A stretch of DNA of 64,000 nt, taken from contig OZ024741.1 of NCBI GenBank assembly GCA_964016885.1, positions 191,022,001-191,086,000 of the forward strand, in the 5' to 3' direction. Positions 39,761 through 54,149 of this stretch are shown piece by piece. The stretch is from Eledone cirrhosa. Its lineage: Eukaryota. Both the position numbers and the translations under genes were made by a program. Under the pieces are notes generated by a model. The model made no database searches and had not been told where the DNA came from. It saw nothing but the letters and a program-made list of their open reading frames with translations. Numbering within the stretch: the first letter of the stretch is position 1; each line of letters begins with the position of its first letter.

Positions 39761-40494
39761 TATGATAAAATAGATGCACTATGTAAACAATACATAGTCA
39801 TAAAAAGTGAAAATTAAAAAAAATTATATAATCATACATACTTCTTAAGACAGAGAAAAAGGGAAAAGAAAAAAAGAAAAAATTAAATCCTACAAAAATA
39901 GAAGTAATAAGTGTTATGTGCACAACTGAGAAAAGAAAACAACCCTGAAATCATTGATAATGAAGACATCTATTTAAATAGCTGATCATCAATATTCAGA
40001 AAATGCAGACTTTGAGAAGCTCCGGTTACATGCAGAACTGAGAAATACTACCTTTACCAGACTAAAACCATACAAATACAAAGATATTTGAAATTGCTCT
40101 ACTTTAGGATTTTATGTCTTTGCTCTCACATTGCTTTTCTCTTCTATCTCTCCTCTCAATTCTTTAACTTATTTCTTCTTCTGAAACCTGCCAACATTTA
40201 TATGGTTCCCACCCAACAATTATATGGTTCTCCCATTATTGCTTTATATAATATATTTGTCCTTCAATTTACACCAAAAAATATTTTTCTAGCATTTCCA
40301 TAGTTAACATCTGTGGTAATGATGGAACAATAATTCATATTAATCATATGAGAGTTATTTAAGTGAATGCATTCATGCATATCATTTTTTCAAAATATTT
40401 TGTCATATCTCAACATATGAAGATTTTCAGCTTTAAATATGTGCATCAGTTTCAGTTAGCTCTATATGGTATATATACAGATATAACTTTTTAG

Positions 40495-41913
40495 CCCCCT
40501 ACTATTTATTATTGCCCTTCAGGCTATAACAGTGGAGTTCAAGACCGGCTGCCCATGGGAACTCCTATACGCAGATGATCTAACGCTCATAGCTGAATCA
40601 ATGGCCGAGCTAGAGAAGAAATTCCAAACATGGAAGCACGGCCTATAATCAAAAGGCCTTAAAATTAACCTGGCTAAGACTAAAGTTCTAGTTTGTAGGA
40701 AAGAAAATAAGGCGACGGTCCCTTCCGGAAATGGCCATGCTCAGTGTGTAGGAAAGGCGTAGGTAGAAACTCCATTTTATGTCCCAAATGCAAAGTATGG
40801 GTGCATAAAAGATGTAGTGGGATCACAGGTAAGCTAACTAAGAACATAGATTTTACATGTGGCCGGTGCTCTGGTGCAATAAGTAGCAGCAAGGGCCCAC
40901 AGAATACTAGCTCTTTCAATTGCGCAGAGGGTTCTATAGAAATAGTGGACAGCTTCCGTTACCTGGGTGACAAAATCAGCAGTGGGGGAGGGTGCTCTGA
41001 AAGTACAGTAGCTAGAATCAGAACTGGATGGAAAAAGTTCAGAGAGCTTATACCACTATTAGCCGCTAAAGGGTTCTCCCTAAAAATGAAAGGCAGGTTG
41101 TATGATGCCTGCATACGAACAGCAATGTTGCATGGCAGTGAGACCTGGGCATTGTGTGCAGAGGATATACGCAGACTAGAGAGGAACGAAGCTTGCATGC
41201 TCCGCTGGATGTGTAATAGTAATATACGTGAACGGCAAAGCATAAACGAACTAAGGAAAAAATTAGAAATAAGAGGGATCAGATGTTGTTTACTCGAGAG
41301 AAGGCTACGTTGGTATGGTCACGTGATGCGCATGAAAGACGATAGCTGTATAACAAAGTGCAGGGCAATAAAGATAGACGGTAGCCACGGAATAGGCAGA
41401 CCCAGAAAAACCTGGGACGAGCTGATAAATTCCGATCTCACACACTTACACCTCTCCAAGACAATGTCACTGGACCGAGACCTTTGGCGGTACTCAGTAA
41501 TAGAGAAGACCCGCCTTACCTAAATACAAAGTAAAACCTACTACAGTCAGTAGGCATCTCTAACAAAATACACCTCCGTCCCACCACCCCCACCTCATCC
41601 ACACCGCCCCTTTCAATGTAAAGTTATGTTGGTGCCACAACATCCAGGCCGAAACAAATGAGATCGTGTAGGTGTCACGACAAAAAAACACACAGTTCAC
41701 GCTGTAATGTGGCCGTGTAGGCAACACGGTAAAAACCTCCCAGCCCCACACTGTAAATGTGGTTGGTGTTAGGAAGGGCATCCAGCTGTAGAAAACCCGC
41801 CAGACAGGCCTATGCGACCAAGATAATCACTCTTGCCTCAAGTGGGAAAACCCCCGTCCAAACCCATGCAAGCGTGGAACACGGACGTCAAACGTTGATG
41901 ATGATGATGATGA

Positions 41914-41915
<2 letters not shown>
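40495..41915 (+). mobile_element. RTE LINE 3' half, relatively young, with PHD-like CxxC insert in the RT region
   Basis: LLYADDL; 259-aa ORF with CPKCKVWVHKRC..CGRC, FRYLG, HGSETW, LRWYGHV. Confidence 0.92.
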
Positions 41916-41959
<44 letters not shown>

Positions 41960-41996
41960 CTGTATGTATGTATATATATATATATATATATATGCC

Positions 41997-42027
<31 letters not shown>

Positions 42028-42029
42028 GG

Positions 42030-42232
42030 AATAGAATGAAACGAAATTTCATTTCTCACTCTTAGTACGGCACTTACTTAAATGTAAGTATGTATGTATG
42101 TATACGTACATACATATATGTATACAGACATACAGTAGTATGTATATATATAAATACATGCACACATATATATATGCACGTATCGGTTTACCAAACATTT
42201 ATTATAATGCTCGGTTTGTTTGTTTGTAAACA
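42030..42232 (-). mobile_element. Family H1 fragment
   Basis: ATGAAACGAAATTTCATTTCTCACTCTTAGTACGG marker. Confidence 0.7.
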
Positions 42233-42269
42233 CATATATATATATATAGGCATATATATATATATACAT

Positions 42270-42579
<310 letters not shown>

Positions 42580-42598
42580 GTATTTATATATATATATA

Positions 42599-42690
42599 TA
42601 GGAAAATCTTTAACCCCGACGGCAGAGCTCAAGTGGTCTGGTACTCTGGTGCGTTATGGTCCATCTGGTTCCTTACCACACCTCCTTTGT

Positions 42691-42692
<2 letters not shown>
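42599..42692. mobile_element. Smallest copy of the asymmetric-IR family
   Basis: Left end fused directly to the tail, inside (TA)n. Confidence 0.65.
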
Positions 42693-42736
<44 letters not shown>

Positions 42737-43070
42737 AGTGTGAGTGTGTGTGTGTGTGTGTATATATGTGTGCATGTGTGTATGTATGTGTGTGTGTATG
42801 CATGTATAAACTGAGGAAGAAAGAGAAAGGGAGGGAAAAGACAGGCAGAAATGTTATGCATGAAGCATCAACTAGGGTATCTTATTTGCTTTCTAAACAT
42901 AGCATGTTTCTCTTTTCAACTAATTTACTTAGTTTTTGTTTATGCAACTGACCTCAGTACATATTGCCTGACAAAGGACTTACTAACACCACATCTTTCT
43001 CTGATAACTTATTTAGGATAGCATATGATATACACATACACATATGTGATAGGTGTATGTTTATAAATAT

Positions 43071-43127
<57 letters not shown>

Positions 43128-43132
<5 letters not shown>

Positions 43133-43558
43133 TAAGTATGTATACGTACATACATATATGTATACAGACGTACAGTAGTATGTATATACTTACATACATA
43201 CACATATATATATGTACGTATGGGTTTACCGAACATTTATTATAATGTTCGATTTGTTTGTAAACAAACAGCCCGAATTAAGCCGTACAGTGTTCGGGAA
43301 TCATCGTTGCCCTTTTGTTCAACACTGACAAAGGTTGCCGAACATTGTACGGCTTAATTCGGGCTGTTTGTTTGCAAACAAACCGAACATAATAATAAAT
43401 GTTCGGTAAACCCATACGTACATATATATATGTGTGCATGTATGTATGTATATACATACCACTGTATGTCTATATACATATATGTATGTACGTATACATA
43501 CTTATATTTAGGTATCAGCCGTACTAAGAGTGAGAAATGAAATTTCATTTTTTCCATT
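43128..43558. mobile_element. Family H1 in fold-back arrangement
   Basis: Arms of ~165 bp (43128-43296 / 43338-43510) with CCGAATTAAGCCGTACA / TGTACGGCTTAATTCGG. Confidence 0.75.
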
Positions 43559-46500
43559 TATATATATATATATATAAAATATATTATTTTAGAAGTGGCA
43601 CTATCATAGAATGGTTCATCATATATAACCATCATCATTTACCAACTGCTTTTTCCTGCTGGCATGTGTATATATATAAAATAACAACAAAAACCATTTT
43701 AAATTCATTCTTCCCACCCTCACACAATTAGCTTTGCAAGTTGAGGGGAATAGTCAAGCGTGACATGTGGTCCCATTTGAGGCAAGATGTTACAGCCACA
43801 TGCCCTTCCTGGCACCAACCCTTTTAGTTGCTTCCTCCTACATGCAGGGACACAGTGTACTTGTTCTAAACCAGATACAGACATATGTATGTATATATTT
43901 ATGCAGGTATGCATATGTGTGTGCAAGGGTGGGTGGGTAAGTCTAAAAGTATTATATATATATGTGTGTATGAATATATATTTCTTATTACTCTTTAAAA
44001 TATCTTTAGAACTTCATTGATTAGTGCTCTTCCTGGGTTTTCTAACCATGAATATCCAATCTCTCTCTCTACATATATATATGTGTGTGTGCATGTGAGT
44101 GTGTGTAAATGCATATGCATATATGTTTGAATGTATATATGTATGTGTGTTAATCAAGAGAGAAAGATAGAGAGAGATTGATTGGTTGTAAATAAAATAT
44201 TCAAATATGACATTCAACTATTGCTAACATATGTTTCTTTAGATCAGTTCTACATGTTCAAACAATGTTTACTAAGTGTCTGAGGAATTTTATTTACTCT
44301 GTATCAAAACAGTTTCTCCAAATGGAACACTAAATCTAACCTATTTGAAATATAAATAAACAAATGTTTTCATCCACCCTTCATCACCCGTGTTTCTGTT
44401 TCTTTAAAGTTCCACTTCCGAACAGATGGCTTCTCTATCACTATTTTTTCACTAATTTTCAATGAATCTTACATTACATTTTAAAAAATTATTATTCAAA
44501 ATTTCTTATCCTATTTATTTATTTGTTTAATATCTTATTAAAATGTTTTAAAAAAAAACATAAGTTTGGTAGGGACAAAAATTTGGGGAATAAAAATTTT
44601 ATCTGAGCTTTTTTTAAAATCTGAACAAACAAAATTTTGGATGAAATGATGATTGATTAATTCTAATAATTTCTTATGTATTGAAATGAAATTATCTCCA
44701 AAATACAGTTATTTAGAGATATTTAATCTTAAGAAACTGGCTATTTGAAATTAGAGTAGGAAAAAGGCTTGTCATTGCCTAAGATGACAGTTTTTCTGGT
44801 GATAAAAACAACCAAATTTCTTTATTGAAATTGTTTTTTTCTTAAAAGCAACATATGTTCATGAAGTATTTCTTAACTAGAATTCACAGAAGTTGTCACA
44901 GTATTTAACCTGTTCTCAACTTAAATGTCAACACTTCCTTCAACACCACCCCACTGATAAATACAGGTATCAGTCATATTTGTTCAGCATTTATCCATAT
45001 GTCAGTCATATTCATAATGAATTGTTATTCATTTAATAAAATTATTATTAATAAAAAAAAGTTAGATATTTTCCTGATAAATAAATAGGTAAACTGGATT
45101 ATTTCTGCACTTAGAGGAGCAATATCCATTCAAGGTATTACCACTAATTTATGGCCAAGATTCAGCTCCATAATTGAAAATCCAGCTAGTGTACCTAGTC
45201 TTTAGTTAAGGATCATGTTCATAACTGAGGATTTACTTTCTATTTCAGCCACATAGTTAGTACTCCTGCTGATTCTATTAGTGTGTATCTAAATATTGAT
45301 TTCTATTTTATGCACAAGGTCAGAACATTTGTAGGGAGGACAAGGCTGATTAAATTAACCCAGTACTCCATTTTACTTTATTTCATCAATCTCAGAAGGA
45401 TGAAAAGCAAAACTGACATTTTTATACACAAACATCAAGTTTGTGTATAAATATTCACAGCCAGAATGTTCATAACTAAGAATTCATAAGTTTAGAACCT
45501 TGCCAGTATCTAAATATTCACAGTTTGTACAACAGTTAATATTTCAACAGACTAAGATATAAATTATTGTCTATTCAGTTGCTTGTCCACTATTCATTTC
45601 ATTCAGCTATTTTGATCTCTAGAAAGAATCTAGCTTCATAGAGATTACCATTGACTTAATGGTATTACACTTTATATTAATAAGTAAGTTAGAAGAACTT
45701 TAAAAATTTGTTCAATGAAGGAGGACCTTATTGGTCGTTATCTTGTTATTTTACCCAATCCCCACTTCAAAACAAGATTAAACTGATGGAGCAGCCAGAA
45801 GCTGGTGCACTGAAGACCAAACTTTGAAATGGTTTTGTTGAATAGGTCAAAGAAAGTACCAACTGGAATCAAGTTTTCTCAAATCCTTTGAACAATTCAG
45901 AGAAGTAATACTTAGTACAGCTTACACACTTATTTTATATTTAAGAATAAACTTCACAGGTATACTTAACAATAATATAGGCCCCTTAAGTATACTCCTT
46001 AGATGTATTGTTCAAAGAATGTGAACAATACAACTGGATGTCTTAGCAATATGGTAAACAGAATGAAAAATTTAAACTTTAAATTATACAATTTACAAGC
46101 ACAACGTAAGATAGAAACTGCCCCTGCGAGTTGAACCACATAACAGTGTTACCAGTTACAGCAAAGTAATAATTATGTATACTATAAAATGTTTGTCTTT
46201 AAATTGTAGTTTGTATATATGAACTTGTAACTCTGGTTGGAGTCATAGTGGTACAGTCATAACATACACGTCTAGCAGAGTTCATCCTGTCTCCAGGTCT
46301 GAACATGAAGGAAAGTAAACAAAATATAGAGAGGAAGTATTGACTCTTGTACTAGACTGGTACTTTTTTTTTTATCAACCTTGAAATGACAAAAGGCTTA
46401 GTTGAGCTTAGTTGGATTTGAACTGAGAGAGCACAGAGAGCTGGAGAAAATACTTCAAAACATTCTATCAGATATTCTAATGACTCTGCCAATTCACCAC

Positions 46501-47644
46501 CTAAATTCTTGTTTATGGAAACATATATGTTTATTTGGAATATTAGATATGGAATCAAGTATCGTAGCAGGGAAGGAGATATGAGTTGAAGACTATTTAT
46601 CTGGGGGGGCCTTCATAATTTAAAAAAAATAGTTGCAAAATGTTAAAGATACTGCCAGAGAAGGACATCAAGTGCAGTTTGAATAGAATGGTGGTGTTAA
46701 TGTGTATTGAAAAGAACTGAGAAAATAATGATATATGAATTAAATAGAAGAAAATAAAAACTAAAATAAAGTTGAATAAACGAACTGCTAAGGTTTTCAA
46801 CAGAAGGTTTTCAACAGAAGATTTTCAAAGGTTGTCAGTAGATTTTCAACTACTGTATTTACTTTCATATAACAGAAATTTAATATAAAATCCAGGGTTA
46901 AAATTATGAAAGGATAGTATAGTGTAAAAAAATGAATTCTACAACAAATATATGAAAGCAAAACTACTGCAGAGATCTAACAACTTTGTTGCCTGCTTCT
47001 ATAAAACACTGTATACATAATAAGTGTTAATTTTATAAGTGCATTGGTTGTTTGTGTTTATACACTTGATTGTTTAAAAGTAATTATTCAATTAAAAAAA
47101 ATACAGTTTATAGCATGGAAGTTACACTTCTGATGAATGCTAGTAGTGGGAAAAAAATGTTCAGTATACACTCATATTATAAAAGTATGGATGTGCAAAA
47201 GAAGCATATTGCTTACAGTGCAAAATTTAAAGTCAGAAAACTTGCAGTGATATATTAGTTTTGAAAAAAACTATAAATAACTATAGCTGTGCTCGGAAGG
47301 TGTGGGTTGCATCATATGAGAAGAAAAATATATTACTGATGTTTTTAGACCTCAAAAAGTGGAATTTGTATTATATTCAAGATCTCATAGTACTTGAGTA
47401 AAATTAGTATATGTGTTTAAAAGAACAACATATAAGATAAGACTTACAAGTGGTGGGGCTGAAGATTTTTCAAAGATGTCAGAATATGGGAACAGGTCAG
47501 GTTTTAACCGAAACCATCTTGGGCAATCAAGTATATAAAAACTTCTTTTTATAATATTTTACATTTATTTTCCATGTTTGTTTGGGTGGAATAGCTTATT
47601 TTTGAGGGCAAATATTTTTACCGATAACCTTACTATATCTAATA

Positions 47645-48870
47645 ACCTGGTGGATACTCCTTACTACCTCTGACTAGAGAGATACCCTACCTATCTCTGA
47701 CAACATGGTGGGTATCTTTTTTACCTCTGACAACTAGGTGGGTATCCTTTCTACCTCTGACAACTATCTGGGTATCCTGCTTACCTCTGACAACTAGGTG
47801 GGTATCCTGCCTACCTCTGACAACTAGGTGGGTATCCTTCCTACCTCTGACAACTAGGTGGGTATCCTTCCTACCTCTGACAACTATCTGGGTATCCTGC
47901 CTACCTCTGACAACTAGGTGGGTATCCTGCCTACCTCTGACAACTAGGTGGGTATCCTGCCTACCTCTGACAACTATCTGGGTATCCTTCCTACCTCTGA
48001 CAACTATCTGGGTATCCTGCTTACCTCTGACAACTAGGTGGGTATCCTGCCTACCTCTGACAACTAGGTGGGTATCCTGCCTACCTCTGACAACTAGGTG
48101 GGTATCCTTCCTACCTCTGACAACTAGGTGGGTATCCTTCCTACCTCTGACAACTATCTGGGTATCCTGCCTACCTCTGACAACTATCTGGGTATCCTTC
48201 CTACCTCTGACAACTATCTGGGTATCCTGCTTACCTCTGACAACTAGGTGGGTATCCTGCCTACCTCTGACAACTAGGTGGGTATCCTTCCTACCTCTGA
48301 CAACTAGGTGGGTATCCTGCCTACCTTTGACAACTATGTGGGTATCCTGCCAACCTCTGACAACTAGGTGGGTATCCTGTCTACCTCTAACAACTAGGTG
48401 GGTATCCTGCCTACCTCTGACAACTAGGTGGGTATCCTTCCTACCTCTGACAACTAGGTGGGTATCCTGCCTACCTCTGACAACGAGGTGGGTATCCTGC
48501 CTACCTCTGACAACTATGTGGTTATCCTGCCTACCACTGACAACTGGGTGGGTATCTTTATTACCTCTGACAACTGGGTGGGTATCCTTCCTACCTCTGA
48601 CAACTATGTGGGTATCATGCCTACCTCTGACAACTAGGTGGGTATTCTACCTACCTCTGACAACTATCTGGGTATCCTGCCTACCTCTGACAACTATGTG
48701 GGTATCCTGCCTACCTCTGACAACTGGGTGGGTATCCTACCTACCTCTGACAACTGGGTGGGTATCTTTATTACCTCTGACAACTGGGTGGGTATCCTTG
48801 TTACCTTTGACATCTGATTAGTTACCCACTTCTAACAAATGGGTATAATATCTTTGCTACCTCTAACAAC
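47645..48870. repeat. 30-bp minisatellite, about 38 copies
   Basis: CTACCTCTGACAACTAGGTGGGTATCCTGC in perfect register. Confidence 0.97.
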
Positions 48871-50750
48871 TCAAGGTTCTATGATTTAATCACAGGAAGA
48901 AGCCTAGTACTTGTGCCCTTTACAGAGCCTCCCCAAAATGGAGAAACAATGGTACATCAATAAGAGTTTACCAGGTGAACTTCTGTACAGTTTCTACCTA
49001 CTCAATATCTTTTACAAAACTTAGGCCAACATAAAATGAAAGAAGCATTTCCCCATGATGTTACATCTGAGACAGAACACAGGACCATGTGATTTCAAAG
49101 CAAATTTCTCAACAACATGGCCGTACCTGCAGCTACAAGTACAAGGCAGAAAGAAGAAGCTGCATTTTGTTCATTCTGATGTAAGTTTTATGTGACATGG
49201 TCTTGGGCAAAAAACAATGAATGAAAGTTGAACTAGTGACCTACATTTTTAAAAGTTCACTGTATTTACCTCAAGGATACTGTAACTGATGGAGTAAAAA
49301 TTCATAAGTAATATTTTTAATTCTAAACCTCCTGCCAGGATTTAGTCAAAAATATATTAAAACAAAAGATTTGTTGATTCAAATGTTTGAAATACCTTTA
49401 CTAGTAAACAGACTGCTGTGAAAATTTGCAGTCATAGAGTAAATATTTCAATTTACTATGCAGACCTAATACTGTTTTGTACATTTCAAGAAGGCCTTAC
49501 AAATGTGGTTCCATGTGGTATAGGGTGTTAAGAACTAAGGCTGGTAGGATATGACTTGAGAACAATTTGGTAGTTATTTCTAGTAGGTCAAGTGTCCATG
49601 CAGAGCTTCCCTTGATGGCTTGTGGTATATGTAGCAGATTATTTTAACTCTTAACTTCCTATAATAATTTAGCAGAAAATATCTAAAAACAAATTTGTTA
49701 ATTCAAATGTTTATGATATCTTTACTAGTGAACAGATGGTTGTGGACATTTTCTGTATTACAGTAAAGAAATTTTAATGTGATTTGTAATTTTCCTGAAT
49801 GCCTTGCTACTGCAGTAACAGAATGTTAAGAGTTAATGATCATCATTATTTTGTTTGTTTGAGGGGCGGTGGATTGTTGACAGTATTAGTAGAACGTCAG
49901 ACACCATGCTTTGCAGCATAGAGTTATGGCCCTTTACATTCTGAGTTTCAATCCTGCCGAGGTTAGTTTTGCTTTTCATCCTTATGGGGTTGATAAAATA
50001 AAGTACCAGTAATGCACTGGGGTCGATTTAATTGACTTTCCCTTATTCTTCAAATTGCTGGCCTTGTGTCAATAAGTAGAGACAATTATTTTGTGTGCTT
50101 GAGTTGGGTGTAAAAACGATGGTGATGGTGAGTATAATGATGATGATTAAACTTTTCAGAGCTTAAGGAAGTTGATAGCATATATTTCATGATATTTCAC
50201 TCATACCAGTTATATAACCAACACAATTCAGAAATATTTATTGTAACTGAGAACTGATATTGAATCTAAATTAAAAAAAACATTTATACCATGTTTATAT
50301 CATTGAACTTTCCAATAGAAACAGATGTGTGTGTGTATGTATGTATGTATGTATGTATGTATGTATGTATGTATGTATGTATTATGTGTGTGTGTGTGTT
50401 TATATGTGGTAAGGTCGGGAGTGGTGTGTAAATATGAGTGTTTGTGTGTATGTGTGTGTAGTGGGGCTGGAAGTAGTGTGAAAATATGTTTGTGTGTGTG
50501 CTTGAGTGTGTGTAAGCACATGTGTGTGTGTATCTGTATTATGTTAGTATAGCCAAGAATTGGAAGCTTCCCAAATTTTCAGAGCTATCACCATTAAAAA
50601 AAAAGAAATAGCTACAAAGAAAGTGAGAAAGAGGGGGGGGGGAGGATAAAGTGAGCAGCACTAAGTGTGTGAAATATCTTAGTTTCTCATTACAGCCAAA
50701 TTCCACAAGTGTGCATATTATATATACATCTACACACACATACACACATA

Positions 50751-51111
50751 TACAGTTGTCCCACCCACCTCGGTTATGTTCCTAGAGCACCTGTGAAGAG
50801 TGAAAAAAACCATGAATATTGGACGTGGTTCGTAAAAATGCCTATAAACATCAAAATGTAACGTAAAATATAATTTAAAAAAAGGGACCATCTTATGTGA
50901 AGGGGCATCCAATAGGCTGACAAATATGATATATTGTTATTTATAATTTAGAGTTAAAAAAATATATATTGCCACAATAAAAGCCATAAAAATATCACGG
51001 AAGATATTTACGATTCTGTGAATATGCGGTGGTTTCTACGACCAATTATTAGTTAGGTTCTAAGGAAAATTCCACGAATGACCAGGACCACGAATGCTGG
51101 AGGTACACTGT
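50751..51111. mobile_element. Decayed Tigger/pogo-like MITE
   Basis: TA-CAGT..ACTG termini in TA context; inverted repeats degenerate. Confidence 0.4.
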
Positions 51112-51469
51112 GTATATATATATATATATATATATGTTGTAATAATAAATGTGAAGACTAAAGTCCAAAGAGGACTCAATAAGGATTATATATATATATA
51201 TAAAAATATATATATACGTATAAAATCCCGTAGAGCAAATATTTATTATAAGAACAGATTAAAGTGTAAGCAAAGAATCGCTGCTTAGTGTATTTTGACA
51301 CTTCTTAATTGCATAGCCATGCTGGTTGTCATGCTGGTTATCATCACCATCATCATCCTTTTATGTTTGTTTTTCCATGTTGGCATGGGTTGGATGGGAT
51401 GTTGGTGTCCTTTTTAACAGGTTGGGGAAGGGGCACATCTCACTCAGATATGTTTCATTTTGTCATGGT

Positions 51470-53280
51470 GTCTATAGAAAGAGTGATAGCAAAGCTTATT
51501 AAGGACTGCATTACTCTTGATGAGACATACTTTGGCTTCAGGTCAGGAAGAAGCACTACTGGCACCATCTTCTCAGTGATACAAATGCAACAGAAATAGC
51601 TAATAATAAGTAAATAAGTCCCTATAACTCACAGCCTAGAAAAAGCCTTTGTCAGAATCTGGTGGCTGCTTAAGAAATTAGGGATAGATGAATGGCTTGT
51701 AAGCGCTGTACAAGCCGTATACAGAGGTACAGCCAGTAAGGTGAGGGTTAACAATGAGTACAGCAATGAATTTAGTGTGCTGGTTAGAATCCACCATGAC
51801 TCAGTCAGCATGCTCCTGTTTATTTTAATCCTCTGAGCCATAACAGAGAAATTCAAGACTGGTTATCCATGGGAATTCCTATATGCTGAAATTTAGCCCT
51901 CATAGCTGAAACAATAGAAGAACTAGAGAAAAAATACCAGATATGGAAGCAAAATCTAGAATCAATAGATCTCAATGTTAACCTAGCAAAGACCAAAGTT
52001 TTAGCAAGCAGGAAAGAGAATAGGGTTCTGCTACCACCAGGGAAATGTTCATGCACAATATGTAGAAAAGGAGTAAGTAAGAATTCCATACAGTGTACCC
52101 AGTGTAGACTCTGGACATACAAGAGATGTAGACTGGCAGATGTACAGGAGTAGTCAGCAGTAAAGGCATTCAAGAAATAAATTCTCTGACGTATTCAGAA
52201 TTCTCAATGGAAGGAGTACAAACTCTTGATACCTAGGTGACCTCATCAGTAGTTGAGGTGAATGTACCAAAAGTGTTGTAGGCAGAGTGGATTGGCAGTA
52301 TCGGTAGAGGGTCAGACACCATGCCTTGCAGCATAGAGTTATGGCCCTTTATGGTCTGAGTTCAAATCCCGCTGAGGTTAACTTTACCTCAGGGTCGATA
52401 AAATAAAGTACCAGTAATACACTGGGATAATTGCTGGCCTTGTGCCAAAAGTAGAAACAATTATATTACATGGCATTGAGACATGGACCCTGAGTGCGAA
52501 GATCAGTGATGTCTAAAAAGAAATGAAGCATGCATGCTACACTAGATGTATGATGTTAGTGTATGTGCATGAAAGAGCACAAGTGAGTTGAGAGAAAAGC
52601 TGAGCATAAAAATAATTGAATGTAGCATGCCAAAAAATGACAACAAAACATTGCACTGGTATAGTTATGTGATGTGTAAGGAGAGTGAGAGTCATATAAA
52701 AATAGTCCTGAGAGCTTAAAGTAAATGCCACCCGTAGAAAAAGGAGACCTGAAAAGACATGACATGAAGATGTGAAGAATGACCTCCAGAGACTGAATTT
52801 CATGAAGGAAATGTTATAGAATGAAGCTGATAGGTAATATATCATTACGCAAAAGATCCAACCACTGTATTAGCATTGTGACACAAAAAGTAATGTAGTA
52901 AGAGATCAGAAAATACAATTTTGATGATGAAATAAAGATAATATAGTGTTTGAGAGGACCCTTCCATCTTGAAGAGCATTTAACAGTTTCTCTAGTGTTA
53001 GTGTCATCATAAAATACACCCTGTTTACCTTGTATATCTTGTTGCTGCCACGAAAAAACACAACCAATATACCTGATAAAGCATTAGTTTTAGTGCCACA
53101 AAAATTCCCCTACTATACCCCATAAGGTGGTTAACATTAGGAAGGCCATCCAGTCATAGAAAACATACCAAATATGAAACATATGAGCAAGACAGGTCAC
53201 TCTGACCTATTTGGTTTCAGACCATGAAAATCTGTTCAACTCATGTCACCATGGAAAGCAGATATGAAATGATGATAATA
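51470..53280 (+). mobile_element. Old RTE LINE interrupted by SINE B
   Basis: FGFRSGRSTT, WWLLKKLG, PWEFLYA, CTICRKG; degenerate tail. Confidence 0.8.
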
Positions 53281-53445
53281 TATATATATGAATTTTTATA
53301 TTATCCAAACCAAACAGTGAGTGTGTTTTATTATTTTTTCTTGTAATATTATAACAGTATAACCCTCCCCAAATATAATAAATATATATATATATTATAA
53401 AGAAGAGAGATAGTTTAAATGTATATCTACTGTTTATTATATAAT

Positions 53446-53516
53446 CCTGTTATATGTATTTCAAAGACATCAAAGTGATTGCATAATAACCCTTTGATGT
53501 GTTCTCTTCAGACAGG
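53446..53516 (-). ncRNA. Type I hammerhead ribozyme with intact core (left arm of fold-back 53393-53734)
   Basis: CCTGT-CTGAAGA-GAACACATCAAAG..CTTTGATGTCTTT-GAAA-TACATA-TA^ACAGG. Confidence 0.75.
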
Positions 53517-53628
53517 TACAAAGTTGTAGTCCACTCTAGTAGTCATATATGCATATGGGAGTGAACTACTATCACCACGTTCCTAACTATAGTAGCATAC
53601 CAAAAACAAAAAATACTACAACTTTGAA

Positions 53629-53699
53629 CCTGTCTGATGAGATCGCATCAAAGGGTTATTATGCAATCACTTTGATGTCTTCAAAATATGAATAACAAG
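53629..53699 (+). ncRNA. Type I hammerhead, inverted partner with GAAA changed to AAAA
   Basis: CCTGT-CTGATGA-GATCGCATCAAAG..CTTTGATGTCTTC-AAAA-TATGAA-TA-ACAAG. Confidence 0.6.
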
Positions 53700-53734
53700 A
53701 TTATATAATAAAACCGTCTCTCTTCTTTATAATA

Positions 53735-54052
53735 TGCCTACAAAGTCAGAAAACAGCACAGCTCCCATGACTTTCAGAAACATTTTTTCACGCTTAGAGT
53801 TGCTGAAGCATGGAACAAACTGCCTGCGTCAGTTGTTAGCTGCCGAGACACTGCATCCTTTAAAACCCTCATGCTTCCCGAAATTCGCCAAAACTACACC
53901 TGATGTCCCCCTTCCATGCGCATGTACACGTGTATATCATGACTCATACACTGTTCATTTTCCTGACTTTTGTACATTACCCTATGTACTATACATACAC
54001 TTTTGATGAGTTGTAGTGCACCTGAGCACTGTACACAATATTTTCATTATTA
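53735..54052 (+). mobile_element. CR1-like LINE 3' end
   Basis: KHFFTLRVAEAWNKLPASVV..SFK in a frame other than the ORF-track one. Confidence 0.75.
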
Positions 54053-54149
54053 TTTTATATTGACACTCCGTTTGATACCTTATTGATAATACTTTCAGGA
54101 ACACAATTTGTAGAATGCTTTACGTCTGTTTACAATATATATGTATATT

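Noticed and set aside
40744-41523. Host PHD-finger protein
   Set aside because: Part of an RTE ORF repeated many times in the window
47645-48870. CRISPR-like appearance of the 30-, 40- and 105-bp arrays
   Set aside because: Head-to-tail units with no unique spacers, no cas genes, eukaryotic context
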